Below are positions 1 to 9,971 of a stretch of 64,000 bases of DNA, in pieces (position 1 is the first letter of the stretch; each line of letters begins with the position of its first letter). Source of the DNA: an uncultured Gammaproteobacteria bacterium (GTDB lineage: Bacteria > Pseudomonadota > Gammaproteobacteria > Pseudomonadales > JAHEGP01); assembly GCA_963751595.1 (NCBI GenBank), contig CAVVVC010000012.1, forward strand, positions 192,219 to 256,218, written 5' to 3'. Both the position numbers and the translations under genes were made by a program. The notes beneath the pieces were generated by a model. That model did no database searches and was not told the DNA's origin. It saw only the letters and a list, made by a program, of their open reading frames with translations.

Positions 1-169
1 ACTCGTCGCTGCCAGTGTCGGTAGCGGGGTGCCTGCGGGCCGCCTTGGGCAAGGTGATGACCGGCCGCGATGCCCAACTTGAATCGGCTGCCATTGCACC
101 GAGCAGCGCGAACGCCAGGGCGAATGGAACCAGAAAAACCACTGCGATGAGTACGATTGAAAGTTCCAT
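1..169 (-). CDS. small hydrophobic protein, N-terminal part only (gene runs off the window start)
   Basis: ATG on the minus strand at 169-167, with AGGAG (complement of 176-180) 6 nt upstream. Reads MELSIVLIAVVFLVPFALAFALLGAMAAD..., one predicted TM helix. Too short/partial for the supplied ORF track. No family recognised. Confidence 0.3.
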   Translation of the reverse strand, partial: MELSIVLIAVVFLVPFALAFALLGAMAADSSWASRPVITLPKAARRHPATDTGSDE

Positions 170-370
170 GACAAACTCCTGTTTGTAGGAAGCGGAAGAC
201 ATTGTCATCGCTGCCATTGTTTCAGATAGTAATAGCCATCTGTATGTCGTTACCGTTGTGTTACAAAAAGTAACAAAACGCTCGTGCAACAGCAGTACGA
301 GGGGCAAGTTGCCCTGGACTACCGGAGGATCACAAATTTCCTGAGTCCTTCATCCGGCCTGTTGCGCTTA

Positions 371-387
371 GGTTCTAAAATAGAACC
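371..387. promoter_or_regulatory. perfect 17-bp palindrome GGTTCTA-AAA-TAGAACC, candidate operator next to the HxlR-family promoter
   Basis: Read directly: 7-bp arms with a 3-bp centre. A further GGTTC half-site lies at 404-408 inside the promoter spacer. Sits in the divergent region between the 1-169 (-) ORF and the HxlR-type regulator. Confidence 0.4.
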
Positions 388-388
388 G

Positions 389-417
389 TTGCGATAATAC
401 TAAGGTTCGATTATAGT
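389..417 (+). promoter_or_regulatory. sigma70-type promoter candidate for the HxlR-family gene
   Basis: TTGCGA (389-394), 17-nt spacer, TATAGT (412-417), about 45 nt upstream of the ATG at 462. AT-rich context. Confidence 0.45.
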
Positions 418-461
418 ACTTGTCAAGCCTTTCCTAAAAAAGATCAGGAGGTAGTAGAAGG

Positions 462-959
462 ATGGAGCGAGTGTGTTTCGAGTCGAAGAATTGTTCCGTG
501 GCCCGGGCGATGGATGTGATCGGCGATTGGTGGAGCATTCTTATCGTGCTGGAAGCGATGCGGGGCACCTGTCATTTCGATCAGTTCCAGAGCAATCTCG
601 AAATCTCCAAGGGCATTCTCTCCAAGCGCCTGAAGTCGCTGCAGGAGCATGGCGTGTTGCTCAGGGTGGAGTCGAAGAAAAAGGTGCGGCGTGTCGAGTA
701 TCGGCTCACGCCCAAGGGCAGTGCCCTGCACACGGTGCTGATTGCGCTGTTACAGTGGGGGGACGACTGGCTCCATGCCAGTTCCGGCCCACCCGTGGTG
801 TTGTACAACGCAAAAAATGGCGCAGCGCTGGAAAAACTGGAGTTGCGAGACACGCTGGGTGCGACGGTGGACCCCGCCGACCTGCGCATGAAAGCCGGCC
901 CGGGGGCTGACCCCCATACCTGCGCACGGTTTGCTGGCGGGGAAACCCCGGTGCAGTGA
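462..959 (+). CDS. HxlR-family winged-helix transcriptional regulator
   Basis: 165-aa ORF with AGGAGG at 446-451. HxlR layout: CSVARAMDVIGDWWSILIV ... ISKGILSKRLKSLQEHGVL ... RVEYRLTPKG ... LLQWGDDW. Confidence 0.9.
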   Translation: MERVCFESKNCSVARAMDVIGDWWSILIVLEAMRGTCHFDQFQSNLEISKGILSKRLKSLQEHGVLLRVESKKKVRRVEYRLTPKGSALHTVLIALLQWGDDWLHASSGPPVVLYNAKNGAALEKLELRDTLGATVDPADLRMKAGPGADPHTCARFAGGETPVQ

Positions 960-1014
960 TGGTTGGGCCGTTTGGCAACCTTCCCAATTCTGGACTCACC
1001 CACGGAGAGCGTTG

Positions 1015-2088
1015 ATGCGTCTGTTACTGCTCGTTCTGTTTGCAATGCTGGCCTACTTTCTGTTCTGGCCGGTGGCGATCGAGCCGGTGACCTGGCAGGC
1101 GCCTGCCGACTGGGGCTTTTCAGGTGCCTTCGAACCCAATGATGTCCTCGCCGGGGCGCAGCGCATCGAAGTCATCGGCGGTCACGGTCCGGAAGATATC
1201 GTCGTGGATGCCGACGGAGTTCTCTACACCGCCCTGGCCGGTGGCGAGGTGGTTAAAGTCGAAAAGGGGGCGACGGTTGCTCTCGGGCAGGTACCGGGGC
1301 GCATACTGGGGCTGGCCATGGGCCCCCGGCAACAGCTCTATGCCGCCGATGCCTACCGCGGTCTGCTGCAAATCGATCGCAATAGCGGTGCGGCCCGGGT
1401 ATTGCTCGACCAGGTCGACGATGAGCCCCTGGTCTATGCCAATAACCTCGATGTCGCCAGCGACGGCAAGATCTACTTCTCGGAGGCCAGCAGCAAGTTC
1501 GGCGCCAGGGAAAACGGGGGCACTTACCCCGCCAGCCTGCTCGATATAATGGAGCATGGCAGCCACGGTCGGCTGCTGGTGTTCGATCCCGCCGCGCAGA
1601 CCGTCGACGTGATTGCCGAAGGCTTCAGCTTCGCTAACGGAGTGGCACTGGCGCATGATGAGCGCAGTGTGCTAGTGGCTGAAACCGGTAACTACCGGGT
1701 CTGGCGCGTCTGGCTCGAGGGTGAGCGACGGGGCCAGAAGGAAGTCCTGCTGGAAAACCTGCCGGGTTTTCCCGACAACCTCAGTCGGGGGCTGGATGGC
1801 AAGTACTGGCTCGGCCTGGTATCGCCCCGCAACCCGCTGTTGGATAGCCTTGCGCCGCACCCTTTCTGGCGCAAGGTGGTCCAGCGCCTGCCACAGTTTA
1901 TACGCCCCAGCGCCACCTTGTATGGGCATGCAGTGGCCTTCGACGATACCGGTACCATTCGCGCCAGCCTGCAGGACCCTGGCGGCGAGGTGCACACCGT
2001 CACCGGTGTACTGGAGACCCGCGAGTCTCTCTATGTTGGCAGCTTGCTCAATCACTTTATCGCGGTTGTCGATAACCGAACCCTGTAA
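1015..2088 (+). CDS. membrane-anchored strictosidine-synthase-like / SMP-30-gluconolactonase-LRE family beta-propeller protein
   Basis: ORF 931-2088. I prefer ATG 1015 (GGAGAG upstream), which gives the N-terminal anchor MRLLLLVLFAMLAYFLFWP. Blade-like motifs GPEDIVVDADGVLYT, DVASDGKIYFSEAS, ANGVALAHDERSVLVAET and PDNLSRGLDGKYWLG are typical of this family. Confidence 0.75.
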   Translation: MRLLLLVLFAMLAYFLFWPVAIEPVTWQAPADWGFSGAFEPNDVLAGAQRIEVIGGHGPEDIVVDADGVLYTALAGGEVVKVEKGATVALGQVPGRILGLAMGPRQQLYAADAYRGLLQIDRNSGAARVLLDQVDDEPLVYANNLDVASDGKIYFSEASSKFGARENGGTYPASLLDIMEHGSHGRLLVFDPAAQTVDVIAEGFSFANGVALAHDERSVLVAETGNYRVWRVWLEGERRGQKEVLLENLPGFPDNLSRGLDGKYWLGLVSPRNPLLDSLAPHPFWRKVVQRLPQFIRPSATLYGHAVAFDDTGTIRASLQDPGGEVHTVTGVLETRESLYVGSLLNHFIAVVDNRTL

Positions 2089-2352
2089 ACCAACCCCGGG
2101 GCAGGCGGCCGCGGCAAGGTTGATGATGCGGATGACTAATGCATGTTCGGAATTGTAATCTCAAAAAGCGCCAGGGCAATTCCAGGATTTTTTTGCCTGT
2201 CGGCAGCTACCGCCAGCGTCGCCTCTGCAGCGGGGCCGGGATTCCCTTACGCTCCCGGTCAAGGGCCAGAGGGTGGCACAGTTCCGGCCCCATGGTGGCT
2301 GCCCATCCGGTCGCGATGGCGTCCGCCCGTTATACCGGTTGATCCCCCGGAG

Positions 2353-2619
2353 CGGTCGTTCCTGCAACGGGCCGTCCTTAGAGTGGTCAGCGTCCGTCGC
2401 GAAGAGCTTGGCGCACTGCTGATCTCCTGACTCTACCTTTACCTGCTGCTCTGTTCCTATTACATCATCCGCCCCATCGACAATGAAATGATGATCCTGA
2501 ACGGGGTGGCGAACCTGCAGTGGTTACTGTTGCTGACCATGGTGGCCGTGCTGGCGATCGCCCCGGTATTCGGCTGGCTGACGTCGCTGCCCGGTTGGGC
2601 AATCAGTACGCCAGACTAA
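2353..2619 (+). pseudogene. stump of an MFS-type transporter gene (about 85 N-terminal codons, with an in-frame TGA; rest of gene absent)
   Basis: One frame reads ...LRVVSVRREELGALLIS, then TGA (2428-2430), then LYLYLLLCSYYIIRPIDNEMMILNGVANLQWLLLLTMVAVLAIAPVFGWLTS, and stops at 2617-2619. This matches the characteristic N-terminus (first TM, RPxRDxxG, LxWL, PxFGWL) of a family of roughly 430-aa MFS/nucleotide-exchanger-like transporters. The remaining TM segments are missing. Confidence 0.5.
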
Positions 2620-2945
2620 CCCTTACGGCGACCCCAGCCGGAGACACCCCGCCGGCGAGATAATGCCTGACTCGCTGGCCTTCCCGGTCATAGTCGGCGA
2701 GGCTACTGCCGGGCCGGGAAATCACCGCGGCGGTTTGAGCCCGAAAAGGCAGGGTTAATAGCTTCAACGCATAACAATACCTGCCGAAATACTAGAAGCT
2801 GATTACAACAGCGATTGTTGTTCTAAACGCCAGTTATGTCTGGACAGCGTGGGTGGACAGCCGTAGGCTGTTTCATTAATAGTCTGCTTTTGCTGGCTAT
2901 TTCTCGATTATAAGAACGATCACGGTAACAATTTGGGGTGGTGAT

Positions 2946-4832
2946 ATGGGCGTTCAGGGTCTGCAGAACGGTCAAGCTTTTACATTGAAATGCGTCGCCG
3001 CTTGCGCGTTGCAGCGGAATCTCCTGCTGGCTGTGCTGCTGCTATTGGCACTACCGCTGCAGCTCAATGCGCATACGGCCACGCGTTTCTTTGATGTGGA
3101 AATCGCCGATCTTCCCGTCGATGGGGCGGCCGCCAATGTGCGCGGAGTGCTGCAACTGACCAACGTTTTCAAGGAGGACGCCTTCCAGGTGAGTCTGCGC
3201 CAGCGTGAGCGTTATAACAGCGGTGAGCAGGACGCCAAAGAAATCTCCGGTGACAGGCGGCGGGTGGCGGCGGGGGAAACCGTTAAAATCCCTTTCCAGT
3301 TCGCACTGGACGGTGATGGCAAGTATCAGGTCATCATGCAGCTCGACGTGTTCAGTGCCTCGGGGGCAGTGCAAGTGGGCCATCAACCGGTGGATATCCA
3401 GTTCAAGGTTTCGGCTGGTAACTACCGCCGCGCCAGCTATGAGGAACTTTACCTACCCAGGCGCTCCAGCCTCGGCAAGGGGCCGGCGCCAAGCTTCGCT
3501 GAAACCATTAGCACCGACATCAATGCCCGGGTGGTGCCCTTGCCCAGGGAGGTGACCGCGTTACTGGGGGAAAACCGGCTGGATCTGCGCGCGCTACCCA
3601 AGCCCCAGGGAAGCTCCGGCGTTAATCCAGACCCCGGCCGGGAGGCACCGACGATTCCTCCGGGTACCTTGCCCACCCGGCCCGACGTACCGGGTACAGT
3701 GGCGCCACCGACGATTCCGACCCGCCCCGGTCTCCAGTCCTCACTCGAAGACCCGTCCTGGTGGCAGTCGGTGCGGGGATTATTGCCCATCAGCCAGGCC
3801 CATGCCCTGGGATCTTCGGGCAAAACCTATACCGTTAGCGGGCGATTCAGCTATCGGGGTTTGGATAACAACCTCCACCCCGGCTGGAACTGGCTGGTGC
3901 GCCTGTGGTGGCGCAAGGACGACGGCAGTTGGGAAAGGCTCGCCAGTGGCTATGTACCGGCATCCGGTAGATGGAGTATCAGCTTTGCCAAAAAAGGCTA
4001 TAAGGGACAGCATTTGCTGATTCAGTACCGTGCGGGTGGTTACTTCGTCCTTCCCCAGGATCGCGATAACAATGAATACTGGTGGAGCGACCCGCAGCAG
4101 TCCGATATTCCCACCGATTTCGATATCGGCCATCGCGTGGCCAATACCTCCAGCAGCGGCACGGTGGCGGGGCTGGGTGACGTCTACCAGGGAGCGATGC
4201 TGTACTGGAACAAGTTCACGGTCAATGGCGTCAACCCCGAGCGGTCGGACCCGATCCGGCTGTTCTTTCCCAACACCTGGGAAAACTGCAGTGGCAGCAG
4301 CCCCTGGAGTTGTGCCAGTGTCGGTGGCGATATCTGGCTGATACCGGCCCATATCGGCCTCTACACGATTCAGCATGAGCTGGCCCACCAGACCAATAAC
4401 GAGTACTGGAATAACCAGCGCCCACCGGGGGCCGGTGGCGCCCACTCCCTGGACCAGTGCTACAACACAGGCCTGGCCCTGCGCGAAGGTTTCGCCAATG
4501 CGGTGCCCCACTGGGTTCTCGATGGCGAAAATGCGGCGGACCCCAACGCCGGTGGTTTTGAACTGGAGTCGCCCAGCACCGACGATATCTGTAACGGAGA
4601 TACCAACGAAGTGTGGGTCGCCGGGGTATTCTGGGATCTTCTCGACCGCCACGCCGACGACCAGGATCGCCTGTATTTCAACAATGCCGTCGAGGTGTTC
4701 AGCATTTACCTGAACGCGGGTGTCAAAAACGGCATCCGCAACTACCGCAGTAATTACCGCAATGCCGCCAGTTCGGGGCATGCGGGATTGATCGACGACA
4801 TCTATGAAAACAACACCATCAGCTTGCCCTGA
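2946..4832 (+). CDS. secreted zinc-metallopeptidase-like protein (HExxH ... EGFA, gluzincin-like), family not recognised
   Basis: 628-aa ORF. Hydrophobic signal-like segment LLLAVLLLLALPLQLNA/HTA. Pro-rich linker with the near-repeat APTIPPGTLPTRP / APPTIPTRP. C-terminal domain carries IQHELAHQ (His-Glu-x-x-His at 4374-4388) and a downstream LREGFANAVP. Confidence 0.6.
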   Translation: MGVQGLQNGQAFTLKCVAACALQRNLLLAVLLLLALPLQLNAHTATRFFDVEIADLPVDGAAANVRGVLQLTNVFKEDAFQVSLRQRERYNSGEQDAKEISGDRRRVAAGETVKIPFQFALDGDGKYQVIMQLDVFSASGAVQVGHQPVDIQFKVSAGNYRRASYEELYLPRRSSLGKGPAPSFAETISTDINARVVPLPREVTALLGENRLDLRALPKPQGSSGVNPDPGREAPTIPPGTLPTRPDVPGTVAPPTIPTRPGLQSSLEDPSWWQSVRGLLPISQAHALGSSGKTYTVSGRFSYRGLDNNLHPGWNWLVRLWWRKDDGSWERLASGYVPASGRWSISFAKKGYKGQHLLIQYRAGGYFVLPQDRDNNEYWWSDPQQSDIPTDFDIGHRVANTSSSGTVAGLGDVYQGAMLYWNKFTVNGVNPERSDPIRLFFPNTWENCSGSSPWSCASVGGDIWLIPAHIGLYTIQHELAHQTNNEYWNNQRPPGAGGAHSLDQCYNTGLALREGFANAVPHWVLDGENAADPNAGGFELESPSTDDICNGDTNEVWVAGVFWDLLDRHADDQDRLYFNNAVEVFSIYLNAGVKNGIRNYRSNYRNAASSGHAGLIDDIYENNTISLP

Positions 4833-4858
4833 GCAAACCACCCGGGTGCGCGACCGCC

Positions 4859-6478
4859 TTGGCTGAGCCAGCGTCTGGAGGAATCCGCGCCGCTGGCGGC
4901 AGCCCCGGGGCTGCACTGTCCAAACCCGGTCTCGCCCTCGCGAATCCGGCGGGGGCGTGGTTGCGTTTGTTATTGGTCCTGCTGTCAGTGGCACTGACCT
5001 TGCTGGCCCTGCCCGGGCAGCCCTATCCGCTGCTGGCCTTCGTTGCCCTGTTGCCATTGGGGTTGGCGCTGCACGGCGCCGGCCCCTGGCCGGCAGCCGC
5101 GCTGGGGTTTACCTACGGTTTCTTCGGCTGGCTGGGATCGGTGGTGGGGCTGGCCACGGCGGCGCGGGCTTACCTGGGGCTGTCGCCAGCCGAGGCAATG
5201 TTGTACGTCGCGGCGTTTTGTGCTTACAGTGCGCTGCCCTATGCGATATTCGCCTATCTCTATGGCGTGTTCCAGTGGTTACGCCAGCCCTTTGGTGCGC
5301 TGTTGACGGCGGCCTTTTTCAGCCTGGTGGTGTGTCTGTTCCCAAGCCCCATGCCCATGTCGCCGGAGGCCGCGCTGTTTCCGTTGACGGGTTTTATCCA
5401 GGTTCTCGATCTTGGCGGCCGGCCCTTGTTGTTGTTTCTGCTCGCGCTGATCAACTGGTCCCTGGTCATTTTGCTGTTGCGCTATATCGCCGGCGCCAGA
5501 ATTGCTGGCGTCGCCATCGCGCTGCTGGCTGTACTCGCCCTGGTGACGGGCTATGGACAATTCCGGCTGTCGGGTCCGGCGTTGGATAGCCATACTGCCG
5601 CGCGGGACCCGTTGACGGTCGCAACCCTGCAACCAGGCTTTCACTCTTCCGTTGAGACGGGCCACGGGAACAGCAGCGAACCGGGTAACCTGGACGTGCT
5701 GCTCGCCCTGTCACAACAAATGCTGGAGGACCATCCGCGGGTTGGACTGGTGCTTTGGCCTGAAACACCCGAACGCATAGACTGTGACCCTGGTGCGACA
5801 AGCCGCAGCCAGTTGTTGCGTCTTGCCAGGCGCTACGGCTCCGCTTTTATCGTGAGCTGTGCCGAATCGGTACCCCGTCGGGGTGACTACAATACGGCTA
5901 TGTTGGTGAGCCCTGACGGTCAAATCAGGACCTATCACAAGCAACGGCTGTTTCCCTTTGCCGAATTCCTCCCCGCTGAATCGGTATTTCCGGCGCTGCG
6001 CGAGCTACTTCCCGGCGCCGCTAACTACCTGGCCGGAAAGAGCGTTACCCTGTTCCCGCTACCCGGCGCCGGGCGCGGGTTCAGCGCCATCTGCTACGAG
6101 GTCCTGTTTCCCGGGCATGTCTGGAAGTTTGTGCAGCGTGGCGGCGAATTGCTGGTAAACCCGGTCAATGATGACTGGTTCGGCGACAGTCGGATTACGG
6201 ATTTCATGGTGGCGGCGGCCGTTTTCAGGGCGGTGGAATTTCGCCTGCCGGTATTGCGGGTCTCCAATTCCTCGGCCACCCTGCTGGTGAGGTCCAACGG
6301 TCAAATCGTGGGCGATTCCCGCATGGGTGCCGGTGAACAGGGGTTCAGGGTAAGCACCCTGGCGAATCCAGCAGCCAGGCACCGTGCTTATTTCCCTGGC
6401 CGATGGTTTGCTGTGATCCTGGCGCTGATTTGCCTGGTCGGCCTGATCGCCGGGCGGGTCTCAGGTCGGGCAAGCTGA
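4859..6478 (+). CDS. lnt: apolipoprotein N-acyltransferase (Lnt) homologue
   Basis: 539-aa ORF (TTG at 4859; true start uncertain). Polytopic N-terminal membrane domain, then a CN-hydrolase domain with Lnt-type catalytic contexts LVLWPE (Glu), YHKQRLFPFAEFLP (Lys) and SAICYEVLFP (Cys). Confidence 0.75.
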   Translation: MAEPASGGIRAAGGSPGAALSKPGLALANPAGAWLRLLLVLLSVALTLLALPGQPYPLLAFVALLPLGLALHGAGPWPAAALGFTYGFFGWLGSVVGLATAARAYLGLSPAEAMLYVAAFCAYSALPYAIFAYLYGVFQWLRQPFGALLTAAFFSLVVCLFPSPMPMSPEAALFPLTGFIQVLDLGGRPLLLFLLALINWSLVILLLRYIAGARIAGVAIALLAVLALVTGYGQFRLSGPALDSHTAARDPLTVATLQPGFHSSVETGHGNSSEPGNLDVLLALSQQMLEDHPRVGLVLWPETPERIDCDPGATSRSQLLRLARRYGSAFIVSCAESVPRRGDYNTAMLVSPDGQIRTYHKQRLFPFAEFLPAESVFPALRELLPGAANYLAGKSVTLFPLPGAGRGFSAICYEVLFPGHVWKFVQRGGELLVNPVNDDWFGDSRITDFMVAAAVFRAVEFRLPVLRVSNSSATLLVRSNGQIVGDSRMGAGEQGFRVSTLANPAARHRAYFPGRWFAVILALICLVGLIAGRVSGRAS

Positions 6479-6522
6479 GACCACACCGCAATATGCTTTG
6501 AAAGGAGCCGGGTAGGGTCGAA

Positions 6523-6950
6523 TTGAAGGCAAGAAAAACCGACGCCAGCGCTACCGATTTTCTCCATGGGCTGGAAAACGAGCAGCGGCGTAGGGGCGGG
6601 TCTGTTTTGCTCGATGTTTTCACCAGGGTGACCAAAAACCCGCCAGGACTGTGGGGGTCGAGTATTGTCGGCTTTGGTGAATATCATTATAAATCGGCCC
6701 GCAGTTTGGCACAGGGCGACTGGCCGCTCACCGGCTTTTCTCCCCGCAAGCGCAATATCACGGTTTACATCAGGCCGGGATTTTCAGACTACCAGGAGCT
6801 ACAGCGCTGGGTAAACACCGTACCAGCGTGTCATGCCTGTATTTAGCCCGGCTGAAAAATATCGATATTGCCACGCTGCAAAAACTGATTCGTCGGTCAG
6901 TGGCCGACATGGAAAAACGCTACCCCTGGAGTGACGGCAGCGGTGCGTAG
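6523..6950 (+). pseudogene. DUF1801 (YdhG-like) family gene interrupted by a -1 frameshift near 6795-6807
   Basis: Frame 1 (6523-6846) reads ...LWGSSIVGFGEYHYKSARSLAQGDWPLTGFSPRKRNITVYIRPGFSDYQELQR and then nonsense. The family-typical C-terminus LGKHRTSVSCLYLARLKNIDIATLQKLIRRSVADMEKRYPW continues in the -1 frame from 6807 to the TAG at 6948-6950. Confidence 0.7.
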
Positions 6951-7002
6951 CGCAGCGAACTCAGTGCCGGTTCAGTCCCGAAGCGTGCGCGCAGGATCAG
7001 GG

Positions 7003-7956
7003 TCAGCTCTCCACCAGCCTGACCAGCTTCACCAGACTGGAATCGTTAGTGCTGCCGTGGAGTTCGAGAAATTCGATGGCTGGAGCTTCGTCGGTGGGGT
7101 GTTCATGTACCACGTAGTAACGGTCTATGCAGAGGATTTTAGGCGCCAGCCAGAGCTGATCGGCGGCTGATTCGAGCACATCGATTACCATCCCCAGGTT
7201 AGTGGGTATCACGGCTTCATCGGGACCCAGCATCGCCAACTCCTGGTCGATGGCGTCCATCCTTGTTTGTAATGCTGCCTGCTCCTCCAGGCCGTGCTGA
7301 TGGACAAAGCCGCTGCTGCGGGTCAGGATTTTGAGCTTGCTCTGCAGCACCGCCCGGTGGCCCTGCAATTCCGTGCGCTCATGGCTCTGGTGACTAATGC
7401 GAGACAGTGCGATAGCCAGCAATTGGTCGAAGGCCCGGCGCTTGAGCAGGTCCCGGGTTTGTGCCTCGCTGGGTGATGGCGCCATAAAGCGCTGGTCGTG
7501 AAAATCGATGGTCGTCTGGGCGACGTCTTTTCGCATTTTGCCATCTACCAGCGCCGTTCCCAGAACTTTCTTCTGCCGGGTGCTGACCAGCAAGAGGGCG
7601 TTCACCGCGTCCTGGTAAGACCCCCGGGACTTGCCATAACTCTTCAGTTCGGTGTCCTGGGCGACGATACGCTGAAGCTTTTCCGGGGAGTAAAACATGG
7701 CCCCAAGTGCAGGATTGTGGGCAAGTCCGTCGGCGCCGAGCAGGTCCGGTGGCGGCAGGCTATCGACCAGTTTGATCACGTACTGTACCGCTCGTGCCAC
7801 CGGCCCCCGCAGTTTTCTCTCGTAGTTTGACAGCATTTTCAGCCGTGGGTCGGTACCGTGCACGGCGCGCTCAACGGCGGCATCGAGCAGGTCGTCCGGG
7901 AGCCTGTCTGCCCTGGGTCTGGACGGTTCGAAAATGTTTTCAAACAGCTTGAACAT
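7003..7956 (-). CDS. hypothetical protein, 317 aa, predicted mostly helical, no family recognised
   Basis: Long ORF with GC3-rich codon usage like its neighbours. GGAGA 7 nt upstream of the ATG at 7956. No TM segment, signal peptide, Walker or nuclease motif seen. Confidence 0.6.
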   Translation of the reverse strand: MFKLFENIFEPSRPRADRLPDDLLDAAVERAVHGTDPRLKMLSNYERKLRGPVARAVQYVIKLVDSLPPPDLLGADGLAHNPALGAMFYSPEKLQRIVAQDTELKSYGKSRGSYQDAVNALLLVSTRQKKVLGTALVDGKMRKDVAQTTIDFHDQRFMAPSPSEAQTRDLLKRRAFDQLLAIALSRISHQSHERTELQGHRAVLQSKLKILTRSSGFVHQHGLEEQAALQTRMDAIDQELAMLGPDEAVIPTNLGMVIDVLESAADQLWLAPKILCIDRYYVVHEHPTDEAPAIEFLELHGSTNDSSLVKLVRLVES

Positions 7957-8116
7957 GGTTGATCTCCATGGGTGTGCCCGGCTATCCGCGTTTCAATCCC
8001 GGTGCGCGATCAAGCTGCGCAAGCCTTGCCAGGTCGCAGAAGTGGCGATACCTGCCCGCGCTTGCCATAACCATGACGGGGCCGGGTGGCGCCCGGGAAA
8101 CCGACGGGTGGTAATT

Positions 8117-9811
<1,695 letters not shown>

Positions 9812-9971
9812 TCATCGCCTCGTTGGTCGAAGGGCCGGAAACGGGCCTCTCGGATGTTGGGGGCTCAGCTCCCATGGGGCCATCGTGCTACCATTCGCCC
9901 CTGGGCCAAAGCGGCTGAAAAGAAAATTCCCCATGTTCGCCTGATGACTTACGCGATTACAAGGTGCCACT

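Noticed and set aside
401-415. GGTTCGATTAT, superficially like a tRNA T-arm
   Set aside because: No acceptor, D or anticodon stems can be drawn around it. It lies in an AT-rich promoter region and is better explained as a half-site of the GGTTC palindrome.
2143-2430. 95-aa ORF taken as a real gene
   Set aside because: Only its last ~25 codons resemble anything (the transporter N-terminus), and that similarity continues past its TGA stop. Better explained as part of a pseudogene.
3780-5057. 425-aa ORF on the minus strand spanning the junction of the metallopeptidase-like and Lnt genes
   Set aside because: It lies antisense to two ORFs that have clear family motifs. Its composition is Arg/Gly/Pro/Ala-rich and of low complexity, typical of shadow frames in GC-rich DNA. 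No SD or family resemblance.
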